Source: Bacteroidales bacterium (GTDB lineage: Bacteria; Bacteroidota; Bacteroidia; Bacteroidales; JAADJA01). From it: 64,000 bases of DNA. The notes under the pieces were generated by a model. It was not told the DNA's origin. It worked only from the letters and a program-made list of their open reading frames with translations, and did not search any database. The position numbers and the translations under genes are program-made. The stretch is taken from the NCBI GenBank assembly GCA_016933115.1, contig JAFGBL010000172.1:76-64075 (forward strand), in the 5' to 3' direction. Below are positions 31,827 to 43,423 of this stretch, piece by piece; positions within the stretch are counted from its first letter, which is position 1; the number at the start of each line of letters is the position of its first letter.

Positions 31827-34784
31827 CTACAATTTTTTCTTCACTTCCACTTCTTCGTAGCCTTCAATAATGTCGCCAACCTTGATATCATTGTAATTTT
31901 CAATATTCAAACCACATTCATAACCAGACTTCACCTCCTTCACGTCGTCCTTAAATCGTTTAAGCGAGCCGAGCATTCCGGTATACACTACGATACCATC
32001 ACGAATAACACGTACTTTTGTGTTTCGGGTAATGGTGCCGTCAAGAACCATACAACCTGCAATGGTACCAACTTTTGTTATCTTAAAAGTTTCACGCACC
32101 TCTATATTACAAACGATCTTCTCCTCGATCACCGGAGACAACATACCTTCGATAGCGGCTTTGATCTCTTCAATTGCCTGGTAAATAATGGAGTATAGCC
32201 GAATATCGATCTGCTCCTGCTCGGCCAGTTTCCGGGCTCCAACAGAGGGCCTTACCTCGAAAGCAATAATAATGGCATCGGAGGCAGAAGCAAGCATAAC
32301 ATCTGTTTCAGTTACCTGACCTACCGACTTATGAATAATATTGACCTGAACCTGTTCATTGGATAATTTTAACAGTGAATCGGATAAAGCTTCCACCGAA
32401 CCGTCTACATCGCCTTTAACAATGATGTTCAGCTCTTTAAAATCCCCAATAGCGATCCTACGCCCGATTTCATCCAGTGTAATGTGTTTTTGGGTTCGGA
32501 TACCCTGCTCCCGCTGAAGTTGTTGTCTTTTGGTAGAAATCGCCTTGGCTTCCCTTTCATCGGACATAACCTTGAAACTGTCACCAGCTTGCGGAGCACC
32601 ATTTAAACCGAGCAACAACAATGGAGTTGATGGCCCAGCGATGGTAATCCTTTGATTTCTTTCATTGTACATGGCTTTCACTTTTCCGTATGTAGAGCCG
32701 GCCAAAACCACATCTCCCATATTCAAAGTTCCCTCCTGAACAAGGATCTTGGCAACATATCCACGGCCTTTATCGAGTGAACTTTCGATTACCGTACCAT
32801 AGGCCGGTTTATCCGGATTTGCTTTCAGATCGAGCATTTCCGCTTCGAGCAAAACCTTCTCCAGTAATTCGTCGATATTGATTCCCTGCTTGGCAGAGAT
32901 TTCCTGGCTTTGATACTTTCCGCCCCAATCTTCCACCAAAATATTCATCTTTGAAAGTTCTTCTTTAATCTTTTCCGGGTTAGCGGAAGGTTTATCAATT
33001 TTATTGATGGCAAAAACGATGGGGACACCCGCTGCCTGAGCGTGGTTGATGGCTTCTTTGGTCTGTGGCATTACATTATCATCCGCAGCGACCACAATAA
33101 TAGCCACATCAGTAACTTTAGCACCCCTTGCACGCATGGCCGTAAATGCCTCATGACCCGGAGTATCCAGGAATGTAATTTTACGTTCATCGGGTAACTG
33201 TACTTCGTAAGCACCGATGTGCTGCGTGATACCTCCTGCTTCCCCTGCTACAATGTTACTTTTTCTGATATGATCGAGCAACTTGGTTTTTCCATGATCC
33301 ACATGACCCATCACAGTTACAATCGGAGCCCTGGGTTGCAATTTACTTTCATCCTCTTCTATCATTTCCTCCTCTTCCGTATGAACAACTTCGGCACTCA
33401 CAAATTCGACGGTATAACCGAACTCTTCGGCCAACAATGAAAGTGTTTCTGCATCAAGCCTTTGGTTGATTGAAACGAAAAGGCCCAATGACATACATGT
33501 TGAAATAATTTCATTGACCGGAACATTCATCATATTTGCCAACTCATTGGCAGTGACAAATTCCGTGACTTTCAGGACACTTTTATCCTGTTCGATTTTT
33601 TCAAGCTCTTTTTGCCTTTGCTGACTGATGGTTTGCCGTTTTTCCCTTCTGTACTTGGATGTTTTCGATTTGCCTGTACCAGTCAGTTTGGCAAGGGTTT
33701 CCTTTATCTGTTGCTGAACATCTTCTTCTGAAATTTCAGGTCTTTCTCTTTCTTTCCGACCCTTTTTATCCCTGAACTTGGGTTTTTGCTTATCGGTTTT
33801 TTCTTCCTTTTCTTTTGCTTCAGGAGCATCCTGCTTTTTATGTATCCGCTTGCGTTTTCTCCTTTTACTGGATATATCCTCATCCTTGGATGATGCGACC
33901 GGTTTTTTCTCCGTCTTTTTCCTATCGGGAGGCAATTCAATTTTATCGAGGATTTTGGGGCCTTCCAGTTTTGTCACTTCTGTTTTGATGAAATTTTCTC
34001 TGGTTGCCTCTTGTTCCTTAGGTTTTTCTTTCGGTTTTTCAGGTTCTTTTGCAACTACTTCCTTTTCGGGAGTTTTTTCTAGCACAGTTTTTTCTTCTTT
34101 CTTTTCTGGCCTGGTCTTTTGTTCTGTTGAACCCTTTTCCTTTTTACGCCTATCTTCCCTTTCTCTTTTCTTTTGCTCTGATGTTTTCCTCGGAGGCTTG
34201 GTCCGCATATTGATCTTATTCAAATCAATTTTCCCAATAACTCTGGGTTGTGTAATATCACCCTCTGCTTCTGCTGGTTCTTTTTCTTCTGTTGCTTCTT
34301 TTTCTTCTTTTACTGCTTCAATTACCTGCTCCGACCCGGGTTTCTCCGGTATTTCCTTTTCTTCAACTTTTTCAGGATCAGGTTTTGCAGCTTTCATCTT
34401 TTCAGCTTCAACTTCTTCCTTCTGCTCCTTTAATTCTTTTTCTTTGGCCCTGAGTTCTTCTTTGGACAGAGAAATTTCCTTGATAAAGACTTCGTCAAAT
34501 TCGTCTTCGGAATCAATATCCTTATTCTGATCAATTTTATCTTCAATGGAAATAGTATGATGGTCAGAATAATCGAGGCCTATTTTTTTTGCTTCTTCCT
34601 TTACTGTTTTCTGAGATTGAAATTCACGATCAAGCAAATCATACATTTCCGGTGAAAGTTTTGCATTTGGACTGTTGGAAATCTCAATCCCTTTTTTCAT
34701 GAGAAATTCAACTATCGTTGTGAGTCCGACATTGAATTCCCGGGCTGCTTTACTAAGTCTTATAGGTCTTCCCGTTTCTGCCAT
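31827..34784 (-). CDS. infB: Translation initiation factor IF-2
   Basis: [16 protein letters not shown] and NKID motifs; long charged N-terminus. Confidence 0.98.
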   Translation of the reverse strand: MAETGRPIRLSKAAREFNVGLTTIVEFLMKKGIEISNSPNAKLSPEMYDLLDREFQSQKTVKEEAKKIGLDYSDHHTISIEDKIDQNKDIDSEDEFDEVFIKEISLSKEELRAKEKELKEQKEEVEAEKMKAAKPDPEKVEEKEIPEKPGSEQVIEAVKEEKEATEEKEPAEAEGDITQPRVIGKIDLNKINMRTKPPRKTSEQKKREREDRRKKEKGSTEQKTRPEKKEEKTVLEKTPEKEVVAKEPEKPKEKPKEQEATRENFIKTEVTKLEGPKILDKIELPPDRKKTEKKPVASSKDEDISSKRRKRKRIHKKQDAPEAKEKEEKTDKQKPKFRDKKGRKERERPEISEEDVQQQIKETLAKLTGTGKSKTSKYRREKRQTISQQRQKELEKIEQDKSVLKVTEFVTANELANMMNVPVNEIISTCMSLGLFVSINQRLDAETLSLLAEEFGYTVEFVSAEVVHTEEEEMIEEDESKLQPRAPIVTVMGHVDHGKTKLLDHIRKSNIVAGEAGGITQHIGAYEVQLPDERKITFLDTPGHEAFTAMRARGAKVTDVAIIVVAADDNVMPQTKEAINHAQAAGVPIVFAINKIDKPSANPEKIKEELSKMNILVEDWGGKYQSQEISAKQGINIDELLEKVLLEAEMLDLKANPDKPAYGTVIESSLDKGRGYVAKILVQEGTLNMGDVVLAGSTYGKVKAMYNERNQRITIAGPSTPLLLLGLNGAPQAGDSFKVMSDEREAKAISTKRQQLQREQGIRTQKHITLDEIGRRIAIGDFKELNIIVKGDVDGSVEALSDSLLKLSNEQVQVNIIHKSVGQVTETDVMLASASDAIIIAFEVRPSVGARKLAEQEQIDIRLYSIIYQAIEEIKAAIEGMLSPVIEEKIVCNIEVRETFKITKVGTIAGCMVLDGTITRNTKVRVIRDGIVVYTGMLGSLKRFKDDVKEVKSGYECGLNIENYNDIKVGDIIEGYEEVEVKKKL

Positions 34785-34851
34785 TAAACTATTAAAGTTT
34801 ATATATGTATTTAAAATTAAGGGGCTAAAATACTATTTATTTGGTTCCCCA

Positions 34852-36087
34852 TTATTCAAATTCTTCTCTTAAAATTCTGACCACCTCTTTGACCGTTTCT
34901 TCTTCCAGGTCGGTTCGCTTAACCAAATCTCCGATACTCAAATCCAAAACACTTTTAGCTGTATCGCAGCCAATAGCCTTGAACTCATCAATGATCCACT
35001 GATCGATTTCATCAGAAAACTCCTGTATATCCACATCTTCAGAATCAACATCAGTCTCGCGGTAGACATCAATTTCATAACCCGTCAGTTTTCCAGCAAG
35101 CTTAATATTGAAGCCTCCTTTCCCGATAGCCAGTGAAACCTGATCCGGTTTCAGATAAACTTCGGCCTTTTTTTCAGCCTCAAGGATATTAATGGATGAA
35201 ATTTTGGCCGGGCTAAGTGCACGTGTAATATACAACGAAGAATTATTCGTAAAATTGATCACATCAATGTTTTCATTCTTCAATTCCCTGACAATACCGT
35301 GAATACGTGACCCTTTCATCCCAACGCATGCACCTACGGGGTCGATCCTGTCGTCGTAGGATTCTACGGCTATTTTTGCCCTTTCACCAGGTACCCTGAC
35401 GATATTCTTTATCGTGATCAAACCGTCGAATACCTCAGGAACTTCTGATTCGAACAACCTTTCGAGGAAAACCGGGGATGTTCTGGATAAAATAATGGCC
35501 GGCGTATTGTTTCTCATTTCTACCTTCGAGACTACGGCTCTGATGGTATCACCTTTCCTGTAAAAATCGGTCGGAATTTGTTCCGATTTTGGTAAAACAA
35601 GTTCAATTCCTTCATCGTCCAATACCAGGATTTCCTTTTTCCAAACCTGGTAAACCTCACCGGTAATGATTTCCCCGATCTTTTCCTTGTATTTCTTATA
35701 AACGTTATCCTTTTCGTACTCCTGTATTTTCGACATCAGGTTTTGCCTGATGGTTAATATTTCACGCCTTCCAAAATCAATCATTTTGATCTCTTCCGAA
35801 ACCTCTTCACCCACTTCAAAATCCGGTTCAATTTTTATAGCCTCGGAATAAGCAATCTGCAAATTCTCATCCTCAATGGCCCCATCTTCCACTATCTCCC
35901 TGTTCCTCCAGATTTCCAAATCTCCTTTATCAATATTTACAATGATGTCGAAGTTGTCGGCACTACCATATTTTTTCGACAGCATATGCCTGAATACATC
36001 CTCCAGGATGCGCATCATTGTTTCTCTTTCGATATTTTTGAATTCCTTGAATTCTGAAAATGTTTCGACAAGATTAATATGTTCCAT
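34852..36087 (-). CDS. nusA: Transcription factor NusA
   Basis: DPVGACVGMKGSR and SLAIGKGG motifs; rimP-nusA-infB order. Confidence 0.98.
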   Translation of the reverse strand: MEHINLVETFSEFKEFKNIERETMMRILEDVFRHMLSKKYGSADNFDIIVNIDKGDLEIWRNREIVEDGAIEDENLQIAYSEAIKIEPDFEVGEEVSEEIKMIDFGRREILTIRQNLMSKIQEYEKDNVYKKYKEKIGEIITGEVYQVWKKEILVLDDEGIELVLPKSEQIPTDFYRKGDTIRAVVSKVEMRNNTPAIILSRTSPVFLERLFESEVPEVFDGLITIKNIVRVPGERAKIAVESYDDRIDPVGACVGMKGSRIHGIVRELKNENIDVINFTNNSSLYITRALSPAKISSINILEAEKKAEVYLKPDQVSLAIGKGGFNIKLAGKLTGYEIDVYRETDVDSEDVDIQEFSDEIDQWIIDEFKAIGCDTAKSVLDLSIGDLVKRTDLEEETVKEVVRILREEFE

Positions 36088-36108
36088 TTTATTTAATAGG
36101 TTAATTTT

Positions 36109-36555
36109 TCATTTAAATAATATTTCGGGCTTCGCGGCCTTTATCAGGTCATATGGAATAACTGCTTTCATAACCTCTTTCGATTTCCTGCCCTGGCTAC
36201 GCTCAATTTCAATCTCCGTATCATTAACCGCTAAAAGTTTCCCTTTAAATTTCTCTCCATCAGCAAGCTCCACCTTAATGTCCCGATTTATGTATTTTTT
36301 ATATTGCCTGAGCATTTTAAAAGGTTTATCCAATCCAGGCGAACTTACACGTAATTCAAAGTCCTCAGCCTCCCTGTCGAAGTTCGATTCGATGAACCTG
36401 CTGATCCTCACGCACTCACCAATACTGATGCCCTGATCTCCATCCACAAAAACATCAATAATGTTTACAGAGGATACATCCACATCTACCAGGAACTTAT
36501 CTGTCCCGGCAAGATGCTCATTCAACATATTTTCAATTTTCTCTTTATTTAACAT
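36109..36555 (-). CDS. rimP: Ribosome maturation factor RimP
   Basis: ELRVSSPGLDKP motif; operon position. Confidence 0.95.
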   Translation of the reverse strand: MLNKEKIENMLNEHLAGTDKFLVDVDVSSVNIIDVFVDGDQGISIGECVRISRFIESNFDREAEDFELRVSSPGLDKPFKMLRQYKKYINRDIKVELADGEKFKGKLLAVNDTEIEIERSQGRKSKEVMKAVIPYDLIKAAKPEILFK

Positions 36556-36560
36556 GTTAT

Positions 36561-36588
36561 CAAAGAAAGAGGGGACTTATGCCCCCTC
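36561..36588 (-). promoter_or_regulatory. rimP leader hairpin (terminator/attenuator-like)
   Basis: Minus strand GAGGGGGCATAAGTCCCCTC followed by TTTCTTTG just before the rimP ATG. A TATCTTTG -7 box lies upstream at 36649-36656. Confidence 0.65.
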
Positions 36589-37067
36589 AACTTTAATTTC
36601 CTATCTATGGCCGCCGTTTGCGTAAAGATTTCTTTTTAAAATGCGGTGCAAAGATAATATTTTTCTTTAACCTACAAATCTTTTACAGCAATATTTCGGA
36701 AATAAAAGAATCTTTTAAGAAGAATTTTAAATTGACTCCTAAAATTCACTCAAGTAGAATTAAAAATTAAATGCACCCAATGGATTGTAAACTACTTACA
36801 ACTAAATATTTGTAGAAATCATAATGTATCTGCACCCAGGCAAGCGAAATTGTGATCGGTCAAAAAAAAAGGCCATTGGCTTATTAAAATTGGTTCATCC
36901 AAATTACGCATGCGGAACAGCGTTACTTGTAAAACGATCGCTTTAACTGTGTTATAGCTGATTCGCTTTCGCGTAACTTAAGAGGAGCAAAGGATTAACC
37001 CTGATTCTATCTCAATGGCTATCGACCAAAGCATTAGTACGTGCCTTTTCTAATGTTAAATCCGGGT

Positions 37068-37637
37068 TTAAGGTAATTTAAAGCTTGCACCAATGGTCAA
37101 ATAACCAAGACCATATCCCAATTCTCCAAAGACTCCGAAATTATCCGAAAAGAAGTAACGGCATCCTGCATAAACACCAATTAATGGATTGGTATTATTA
37201 TCAGTATATTGGGTAGGTTCTGCATTGAAGTTGGGCGAATAATACTTATAGGTTTCAAATCGAAGTCCGAGAGCAAGACCTGCATACAAATCAACCTTTT
37301 CATTTTCTATTAAGCGGGGATGAAGTGTACCACGGGCAGCGACTATAAAATCGGACCAGGACCATTCATAGTTATAATTGGAATATGACCAATCATATTT
37401 CGCTGATTTCCACCCCACTGTTCCTCCCAGTGAAATTACACCAACATCCTCAATATCCCAAACTCCCTTTTCAGCACTCAAAGTTATAGCAGGGAACGAA
37501 GAAACATTGTATCCATAGCTGTACCAACCGAATCCAAGTCCGAGATTGGCAGCAAATGTTTCTTTTTTAAATGCCTGGGCATAAATTAGTGAAGATAACA
37601 TAACAGCAATAAAGGCAACAGCAATATTCTTTTTCAT
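37068..37637 (-). CDS. Small outer membrane beta-barrel protein
   Basis: Signal peptide, aromatic-rich amphipathic strands, C-terminal GELGYGLGYLTIGASFKL. Confidence 0.8.
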   Translation of the reverse strand: MKKNIAVAFIAVMLSSLIYAQAFKKETFAANLGLGFGWYSYGYNVSSFPAITLSAEKGVWDIEDVGVISLGGTVGWKSAKYDWSYSNYNYEWSWSDFIVAARGTLHPRLIENEKVDLYAGLALGLRFETYKYYSPNFNAEPTQYTDNNTNPLIGVYAGCRYFFSDNFGVFGELGYGLGYLTIGASFKLP

Positions 37638-37761
37638 AGGGTCAATTTTTAGAAATTTTCCAATCTACAAATACAAAATTAACCTTTAGTGATATAAATA
37701 ACCTTTAAAAGCAAAAGGTTAACATATATTTAACACCTGTAATTTTGCATGTGAATATTGC

Positions 37762-39801
37762 CTACACGAATTTCTCAAGAAACTTAACCACCTCTGCTTT
37801 AACGGATTCTCCGTAAAATCCGAATTGCACATCAAGTATTTTGTATGGCGCCGAAAAACCGAAATGATCCAGGCCAAAAACGGTACCGTTTTTACCTGCC
37901 AGCCCTTCCATGGTAACTGGTAAACCTGCAGTAAGTGCAAAAACCGGAATATCAGAAGGGATTACATTTTCCTGGTATGATCTATCCTGCAACCTGAACA
38001 ATCCCTCCGATATCGCTGAAGTTACCTGCACTTTATAACCCATATTCTGTAATAATTCTGCTGCTTCCACCAGGGTGCTGACTTCAGAACCACTTGCAAC
38101 CAGAATTACATCAGGTTTGCCTTCTGCTTTCTGAACGATGTAACCGCCATTTTCTGCTTGTTTCGCTATCTCAAAACGATCAGCCGTAGATGATGCCGGC
38201 AGGTCATTTATATTCTGGCGTGAAAGAATTAAACCGGTGGGTGTATCGTGGTTCTCAACCGCTATTTTCCAGGCTATAGCTGTTTCGGCTGAGTCCGCCG
38301 GACGAAGCACCAGCATGCTGTTTTTGCCTTTGTGGTTTTTAAGTTTTTCCATCAAACGGATCTGTGCCTCCTGTTCAACAGGCTGATGTGTCGGGCCGTC
38401 CTCTCCTACCCTGAAGGAGTCGTGGGTCCAAACATACTTAACAGGCAACTGCATGAGGGCAGCCAAACGGATGGCCGGTTTCATAAAATCAGAAAAGGCG
38501 AAGAATGTTCCGCAAACCGGGATGAGGTTGGTTAATGCCATGCCATTGGCAATTGAAGCCATGGTGAGCTCCGAAACGCCGGCATGCAAAAAGGCACCGC
38601 TGAAATCACCTTTGACAATGGGTTTGTTCTTTTTGAGGAAACCGTCGGTTTTATCGCTATTGGCAAGGTCGGCCGACATCACCAGCATGTTATCAAATGT
38701 CGTTGCAAATTCGCCCAAAACCTTGGAGGAAGCAGTACGTGTTGCAATGTTCGATTTGAATTCGATCTTACTGTAATCGATCGCCGGAATTTGGCATGAT
38801 AATATATTTTCCAGTTTCGTCGCTAAGCCTGGGTTTTCCTTTTTCCAGATTTCAAATTCCTCCTTTTTTACTTTCACCTTTTCTCTTTTCCGGTCCAGGG
38901 CAGCCTGGTAAACTTCCTTTGTCTCAGGAAAAACAGCAAACGGGTCAATTGGATCGCCACCCAAATTCATTATGGTTTTTTCAACCGATCCCCCTGCCGC
39001 ACTTAAAGGCTGTCCATGCGTCGACACTTGCCCTTCGAAACTTTCGTTGTTTTTTTTCAGGGCACCTTTTCCCATAGTGGTTTGCCCGATGATCAACACC
39101 GGTTTTTCCTTTTCCTGCTCAGCTTTTATAAGAGCACCGCGGATTTCATCTGGATTATTGCCGTTTATGGCAATCACCCGCCAGCCCCATGCTTCATATT
39201 TAGCTGCAGTGTTTTCATGCGTCACAGCATCCACTTTCGTTGACAACTGTACTTCATTGGCATCATAGAACATCACAAGATTATTAAGCCCCAGGTAACC
39301 TGCGATTCGTCCCGTTCCCTGTGAAACTTCCTCCTGAATACCGCCATCAGAAATAAAAGCATAAGTTTTGTGTGCCATCCATTCACCGAATCGGGCAACC
39401 AGAAACCTTTCAGCAATGGCTGATCCAACAGCCATGGCATGTCCCTGACCCAAAGGGCCTGAAGTATTTTCAATACCCCGCTCTGCATCAAGCTCAGGAT
39501 GTCCCGGAGTAGGGCTTTGCCACTGACGGAAATTCATCAGATCGTCTGTTGTGTATGTACCAACCAGATGTAATACCGAATACAACATGGGTGACATGTG
39601 TCCAGGATCCAAAAAGAACCGGTCGCGGAACGGCCAGTTCATATCATCGGGATTGAAATTTAAAAATTCCGTGTAAAGTAAATTGATAAAATCGGCTCCG
39701 CCCATGGCACCACCGGGATGGCCTGATTTAGCTTTCTCAACCATCGCTAGGGCCAGTACCCTGATATTGTTTGCAGCTTTTGTTAAAATGGCATTGTCCA
39801 T
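37762..39801 (-). CDS. tkt: Transketolase
   Basis: SGHPGGAMG, TPGHPE, GPLGQG and THDSFRVGEDGPTHQP motifs. ATG 39801 avoids overlap with pdxB. Confidence 0.96.
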   Translation of the reverse strand: MDNAILTKAANNIRVLALAMVEKAKSGHPGGAMGGADFINLLYTEFLNFNPDDMNWPFRDRFFLDPGHMSPMLYSVLHLVGTYTTDDLMNFRQWQSPTPGHPELDAERGIENTSGPLGQGHAMAVGSAIAERFLVARFGEWMAHKTYAFISDGGIQEEVSQGTGRIAGYLGLNNLVMFYDANEVQLSTKVDAVTHENTAAKYEAWGWRVIAINGNNPDEIRGALIKAEQEKEKPVLIIGQTTMGKGALKKNNESFEGQVSTHGQPLSAAGGSVEKTIMNLGGDPIDPFAVFPETKEVYQAALDRKREKVKVKKEEFEIWKKENPGLATKLENILSCQIPAIDYSKIEFKSNIATRTASSKVLGEFATTFDNMLVMSADLANSDKTDGFLKKNKPIVKGDFSGAFLHAGVSELTMASIANGMALTNLIPVCGTFFAFSDFMKPAIRLAALMQLPVKYVWTHDSFRVGEDGPTHQPVEQEAQIRLMEKLKNHKGKNSMLVLRPADSAETAIAWKIAVENHDTPTGLILSRQNINDLPASSTADRFEIAKQAENGGYIVQKAEGKPDVILVASGSEVSTLVEAAELLQNMGYKVQVTSAISEGLFRLQDRSYQENVIPSDIPVFALTAGLPVTMEGLAGKNGTVFGLDHFGFSAPYKILDVQFGFYGESVKAEVVKFLEKFV

Positions 39802-39820
39802 TTGCAATCTCTTTGAATTA

Positions 39821-40942
39821 TTATTGATTGACTTGAAATCCAAATGACCTCAAGGTTGATTTTACTTTTTCATCCGCATGATGCATGGTCAGTTCCCAGG
39901 CTGAATTTTCATGCCTGAAGACATAATTCCCTCTCAAATCGGCAAAATGTTCTGGTGATGCTTTTAAAGTCACTGAATCCAAATGAATGGGATAAACAGC
40001 ATTGAATACCATACTGTAAATTTCCTGTACCGGCATGTCATTACATTCCAGGTCAATTTTTTGTGGATCAGCCGGAATTTCAGGATACCAGGCATCAAGG
40101 CCCAATCCATAAATACGGCCTACGGACTGCACCGTCATCGCAGTTGCGTTGGCCTTCCCTTCGATGGAATAGCCGGCAATATGCGGTGTGGCAATTTCGG
40201 TTATTTCCAGCAATTCAGAATCGATATGGGGTTCGTTTTCCCAAACATCAATCACCAGTCTTTTAATTTTTTCATTTCTGACCGCCAGTTTTAGAACGTC
40301 CGAATCTAAAACCGCCCCTCGGGACGTATTGATCAGCACGACAGGTTTCACCAATCCTTCAAAGAATTCTTCATTTAAAAGATGAAATGTTTTATGCTCA
40401 CCGCCAAAGGTAAGTGGCACATGCAAGGTAATAAAATCGGCATTTTGCTGAATTTCCGTTAAACCAGCAAAACCTTCCGCTCCTTCTGCCTTAGCCCTGG
40501 GTGGGTCATTGAGCAGGGTTTTCATTCCCAGCAATTCAGCCACCCTGGCAACCCTCGAACCGATTACTCCAACACCGATAATTCCAATCGTTTTACCGGC
40601 CAGATCTATTTTTACTTTAGCTGCAATCTCCAGCAGTGCTGCCGTAACATATTGTTCTACAGCACCGGCATTGCAGCCTTTGGCGGATGACCAGCGGATG
40701 TCATTAGCCTGACAGAATTGTTTGTCGATGTGATCATCACCAATAGTTGCAGTTGCAATGAAAGTGACAGATGAATTTTTCAGTAAATCTTCATTGCAAA
40801 TTGTAATTGATCGCGTGAGCAGGACATCTGCATTTTTAAGCGAGGAAGGATCGATTTGATCACCGGGAAGGTAGTCAATTTCAGCAAAAGGTTCGAAAAC
40901 TCCCTTTAAAAAAGGAATTTTATCATCCGCAACTATTTTCAT
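39821..40942 (-). CDS. pdxB: 4-phosphoerythronate dehydrogenase
   Basis: MKIVADDKIP, ATIGDDHID, GCNA, DVWENEP and TPHIAGYS motifs. Confidence 0.93.
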   Translation of the reverse strand: MKIVADDKIPFLKGVFEPFAEIDYLPGDQIDPSSLKNADVLLTRSITICNEDLLKNSSVTFIATATIGDDHIDKQFCQANDIRWSSAKGCNAGAVEQYVTAALLEIAAKVKIDLAGKTIGIIGVGVIGSRVARVAELLGMKTLLNDPPRAKAEGAEGFAGLTEIQQNADFITLHVPLTFGGEHKTFHLLNEEFFEGLVKPVVLINTSRGAVLDSDVLKLAVRNEKIKRLVIDVWENEPHIDSELLEITEIATPHIAGYSIEGKANATAMTVQSVGRIYGLGLDAWYPEIPADPQKIDLECNDMPVQEIYSMVFNAVYPIHLDSVTLKASPEHFADLRGNYVFRHENSAWELTMHHADEKVKSTLRSFGFQVNQ

Positions 40943-41328
40943 TTATTGCTTCATATCAGTTTAATTGTCTTTCTGCTCCATGGATTTTCATTCCAACAGA
41001 TTCATTCTCTTCCTGATTTTCGGGCAAAAATAAAAAAATAGTGCAGTGGTATTTGGGGTGTTGAAAAATGTTGAAAAATATCGAACCATTTTTTGCAGAC
41101 TTGCAGCGCTTTCGCCTACCTGTCCGTCAGATTATGCAGGGTTTCAATGCAGCAAAACAGCTTACAAATTTTCCATAATAATTATTCTACCAATATTCAG
41201 TACCTCGCCAAGACAAAATCGAAAGTTTAAATTCTCATTATCCTATTTGCAATTTCAACAAAAATTTTGGTACGGGGCAACCAATTTCTATCTTTGAAAC
41301 ACTAACCAATAAATGGCAAAGCAAATAG

Positions 41329-41850
41329 ATGCCCGATTTCATAGAAGAAAAAATAATTGAAGGCTGTCTGAAAAACGACAGGGTAGCTCAAAAAGCTTTG
41401 TACGATCAATACAAAACAAAAATGTACACCCTCGCTTTCAGGATCACAAACAACTTTGAAGACGCTGCAGATGCGGTACAGGAGGGATTTTTACAAGTGT
41501 TTGAAAGCCTGCCGACCTTTAATGGAGATTCGAAGCTTGGTACCTGGATACACACCATCATTGCCAGGGCAGCACTCAAAAAGGTCAAAAGTCAAATGCA
41601 CTTTGAGGAAATTTCTGAAAATAATCAAGATATATTCATCGACTGGGGTTCGGATATTGATGTGCAACAACTTGAAAAAGCCATTGCCGGGCTTCCGGCC
41701 GGCTATCGCTCAATATTTACATTGTACGAAGTTGAAGGATTTAAACACCGTGAAATAGCAGAAATGCTTGATATTTCCGTGAACACTTCAAAAACACAAT
41801 TGCTGAAGGCCAAACGAATGCTCATTTCCAGACTTAACAACGGTGGATGA
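41329..41850 (+). CDS. ECF-type RNA polymerase sigma factor
   Basis: Region 2 (DAADAVQEGF..LGTWI) and region 4 (LPAGYRSIF..EIAEMLDISVNTSKTQL). Confidence 0.93.
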   Translation: MPDFIEEKIIEGCLKNDRVAQKALYDQYKTKMYTLAFRITNNFEDAADAVQEGFLQVFESLPTFNGDSKLGTWIHTIIARAALKKVKSQMHFEEISENNQDIFIDWGSDIDVQQLEKAIAGLPAGYRSIFTLYEVEGFKHREIAEMLDISVNTSKTQLLKAKRMLISRLNNGG

Positions 41851-42518
41851 TGGAAAAAAATCGTAAAATATTGCTTAGTGCACTGAAAAGGTTAACTCAA
41901 CTTAAACCTGAGGATAAGATTTGGGAAAGCATTGATGAAAATATAAACCGCAAACATTTAACCGGGAAATTGCTTCGGTTCACACCTCCGGATTCAGTGT
42001 GGGAAAGCATTGAAGAAGACCTCCATATCAGGAAATTGACCAGAAATCTGAATAATTTTGATCCACCTTCGGATGTTTGGCAAAATATCGAATACCAATT
42101 AAATACTGATCCATCCAGAAAAAATACAAGTACGATCGGTTTATGGTTAAGATGGTCAATAGCCGCAGCAGCAGTCCTTACTATTGGCTTGATTGTTTAC
42201 CTGACGCTGATTGATTTCGACAAGGAAATCTCCTTCTCGGAAGAATGGATTGAAAAACAGGATTCACAAGAGTGGACTTCGGATGAGGAATTATTGGAGA
42301 AAACAATCTTTCTTATTTGTCAGGAAAAACCCGATGTATGCCGATCACCCAAGTTTAAAAAAATGGAAGACGAGCTCGTTTTTCTTACCCAAACCAAAGA
42401 AGATATAATCAGCCGTATGAATCCCTATGAAAATGATAGTGAAATGGCCCTGATGTTAACAAAAATCGAATTGGAACGAACCGATATCATTAACCAAATG
42501 GTAGCTTTGATCAACTGA
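41847..42518 (+). CDS. Putative membrane-spanning anti-sigma factor
   Basis: Overlaps the sigma stop codon; three repeats of (P)PxxxWxxIE; one TM helix (WSIAAAAVLTIGLIVYL). Confidence 0.65.
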   Translation: MMEKNRKILLSALKRLTQLKPEDKIWESIDENINRKHLTGKLLRFTPPDSVWESIEEDLHIRKLTRNLNNFDPPSDVWQNIEYQLNTDPSRKNTSTIGLWLRWSIAAAAVLTIGLIVYLTLIDFDKEISFSEEWIEKQDSQEWTSDEELLEKTIFLICQEKPDVCRSPKFKKMEDELVFLTQTKEDIISRMNPYENDSEMALMLTKIELERTDIINQMVALIN

Positions 42519-42522
42519 AAGT

Positions 42523-43422
42523 ATGAAATACCCCGGAAAAATATGGGTCTTACTGGTTTTTATCTCGCTCATAGCAGGGCCACCTACACTGTCGCAGGTT
42601 AAGGTGCAGGTAGTCACGCAAAAGATCAGTAAAACATTTGATTGGAATAAAGGCATGTCATTGCAAATGAATGCCGAACATGCAGAGATCATTTGTACAA
42701 CACATCCTTCAAACACCATCATACTCGAACTCACCATTACCTCCAAACATGAAAATAAAAATACGGCTGAAGGAGATTTAAAAAAGATGAAATGGCTGGC
42801 CGAAATGAAGGGAGATAAATTCTACCTGCGGAACTATGTGGAATTGGCACGTGGCGAAACCCGTCCCGAATCGGCGCTCAAGGTTACTTACAACCTGAAG
42901 GTTCCGGAAGATTGTCCACTGGATATCCGCAATTATTTCGGCAGCATCGACATAAAAAACGTGAAAGCCGGGCTAAAGATCAACAGCGAGTTCAGTAAAA
43001 TCAGCCTTGGAAAAGTGGGTGGCAACGTCAACATACAAACACTTTTCGGAGATATCGACTGCACGCAGGTTGACGGAGAAACAGCCATCATATCCAACCG
43101 ATCGGATATAAGCATGGCAGAAATGAGCGGAAATATCGACATTGATGCATCGGTTGCTGAAATTAACCTCGGCAGTTTTGGGAAAGTTAAACAACTTAAG
43201 ATCAAAGCGGAAAAGTCGGTAATTGATCTGAAAATGCCACAATTCGATCAATTCGCTTTTAGTCTGGATCTTTCGGACTGTGAATTCAAAAAACCGGAAA
43301 ACATGATGGTTGATATTTCCCTGTCTGATCCGTCAAACATCAAAGCCAAATTCCAGGTAAATTCAAATAAGCCCCTTGTTACTATCAATCTAAATTTTGG
43401 ATCATTAGCAATAAACCCATAA
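42523..43422 (+). CDS. Exported beta-strand repeat protein (DUF4097/adhesin-like)
   Basis: Signal peptide; repeated FGSIDI/FGDIDC-type strands; typical position after an ECF/anti-sigma pair. Confidence 0.65.
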   Translation: MKYPGKIWVLLVFISLIAGPPTLSQVKVQVVTQKISKTFDWNKGMSLQMNAEHAEIICTTHPSNTIILELTITSKHENKNTAEGDLKKMKWLAEMKGDKFYLRNYVELARGETRPESALKVTYNLKVPEDCPLDIRNYFGSIDIKNVKAGLKINSEFSKISLGKVGGNVNIQTLFGDIDCTQVDGETAIISNRSDISMAEMSGNIDIDASVAEINLGSFGKVKQLKIKAEKSVIDLKMPQFDQFAFSLDLSDCEFKKPENMMVDISLSDPSNIKAKFQVNSNKPLVTINLNFGSLAINP

Positions 43423-43423
43423 A

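Noticed and set aside
33778-34530. 250 aa Ser/Phe-rich ORF
   Set aside because: Antisense shadow of the Lys/Glu-rich IF-2 N-terminus.
41046-41297. 83 aa ORF upstream of the ECF sigma gene
   Set aside because: No motifs; it overlaps divergent promoter DNA and is likely spurious.
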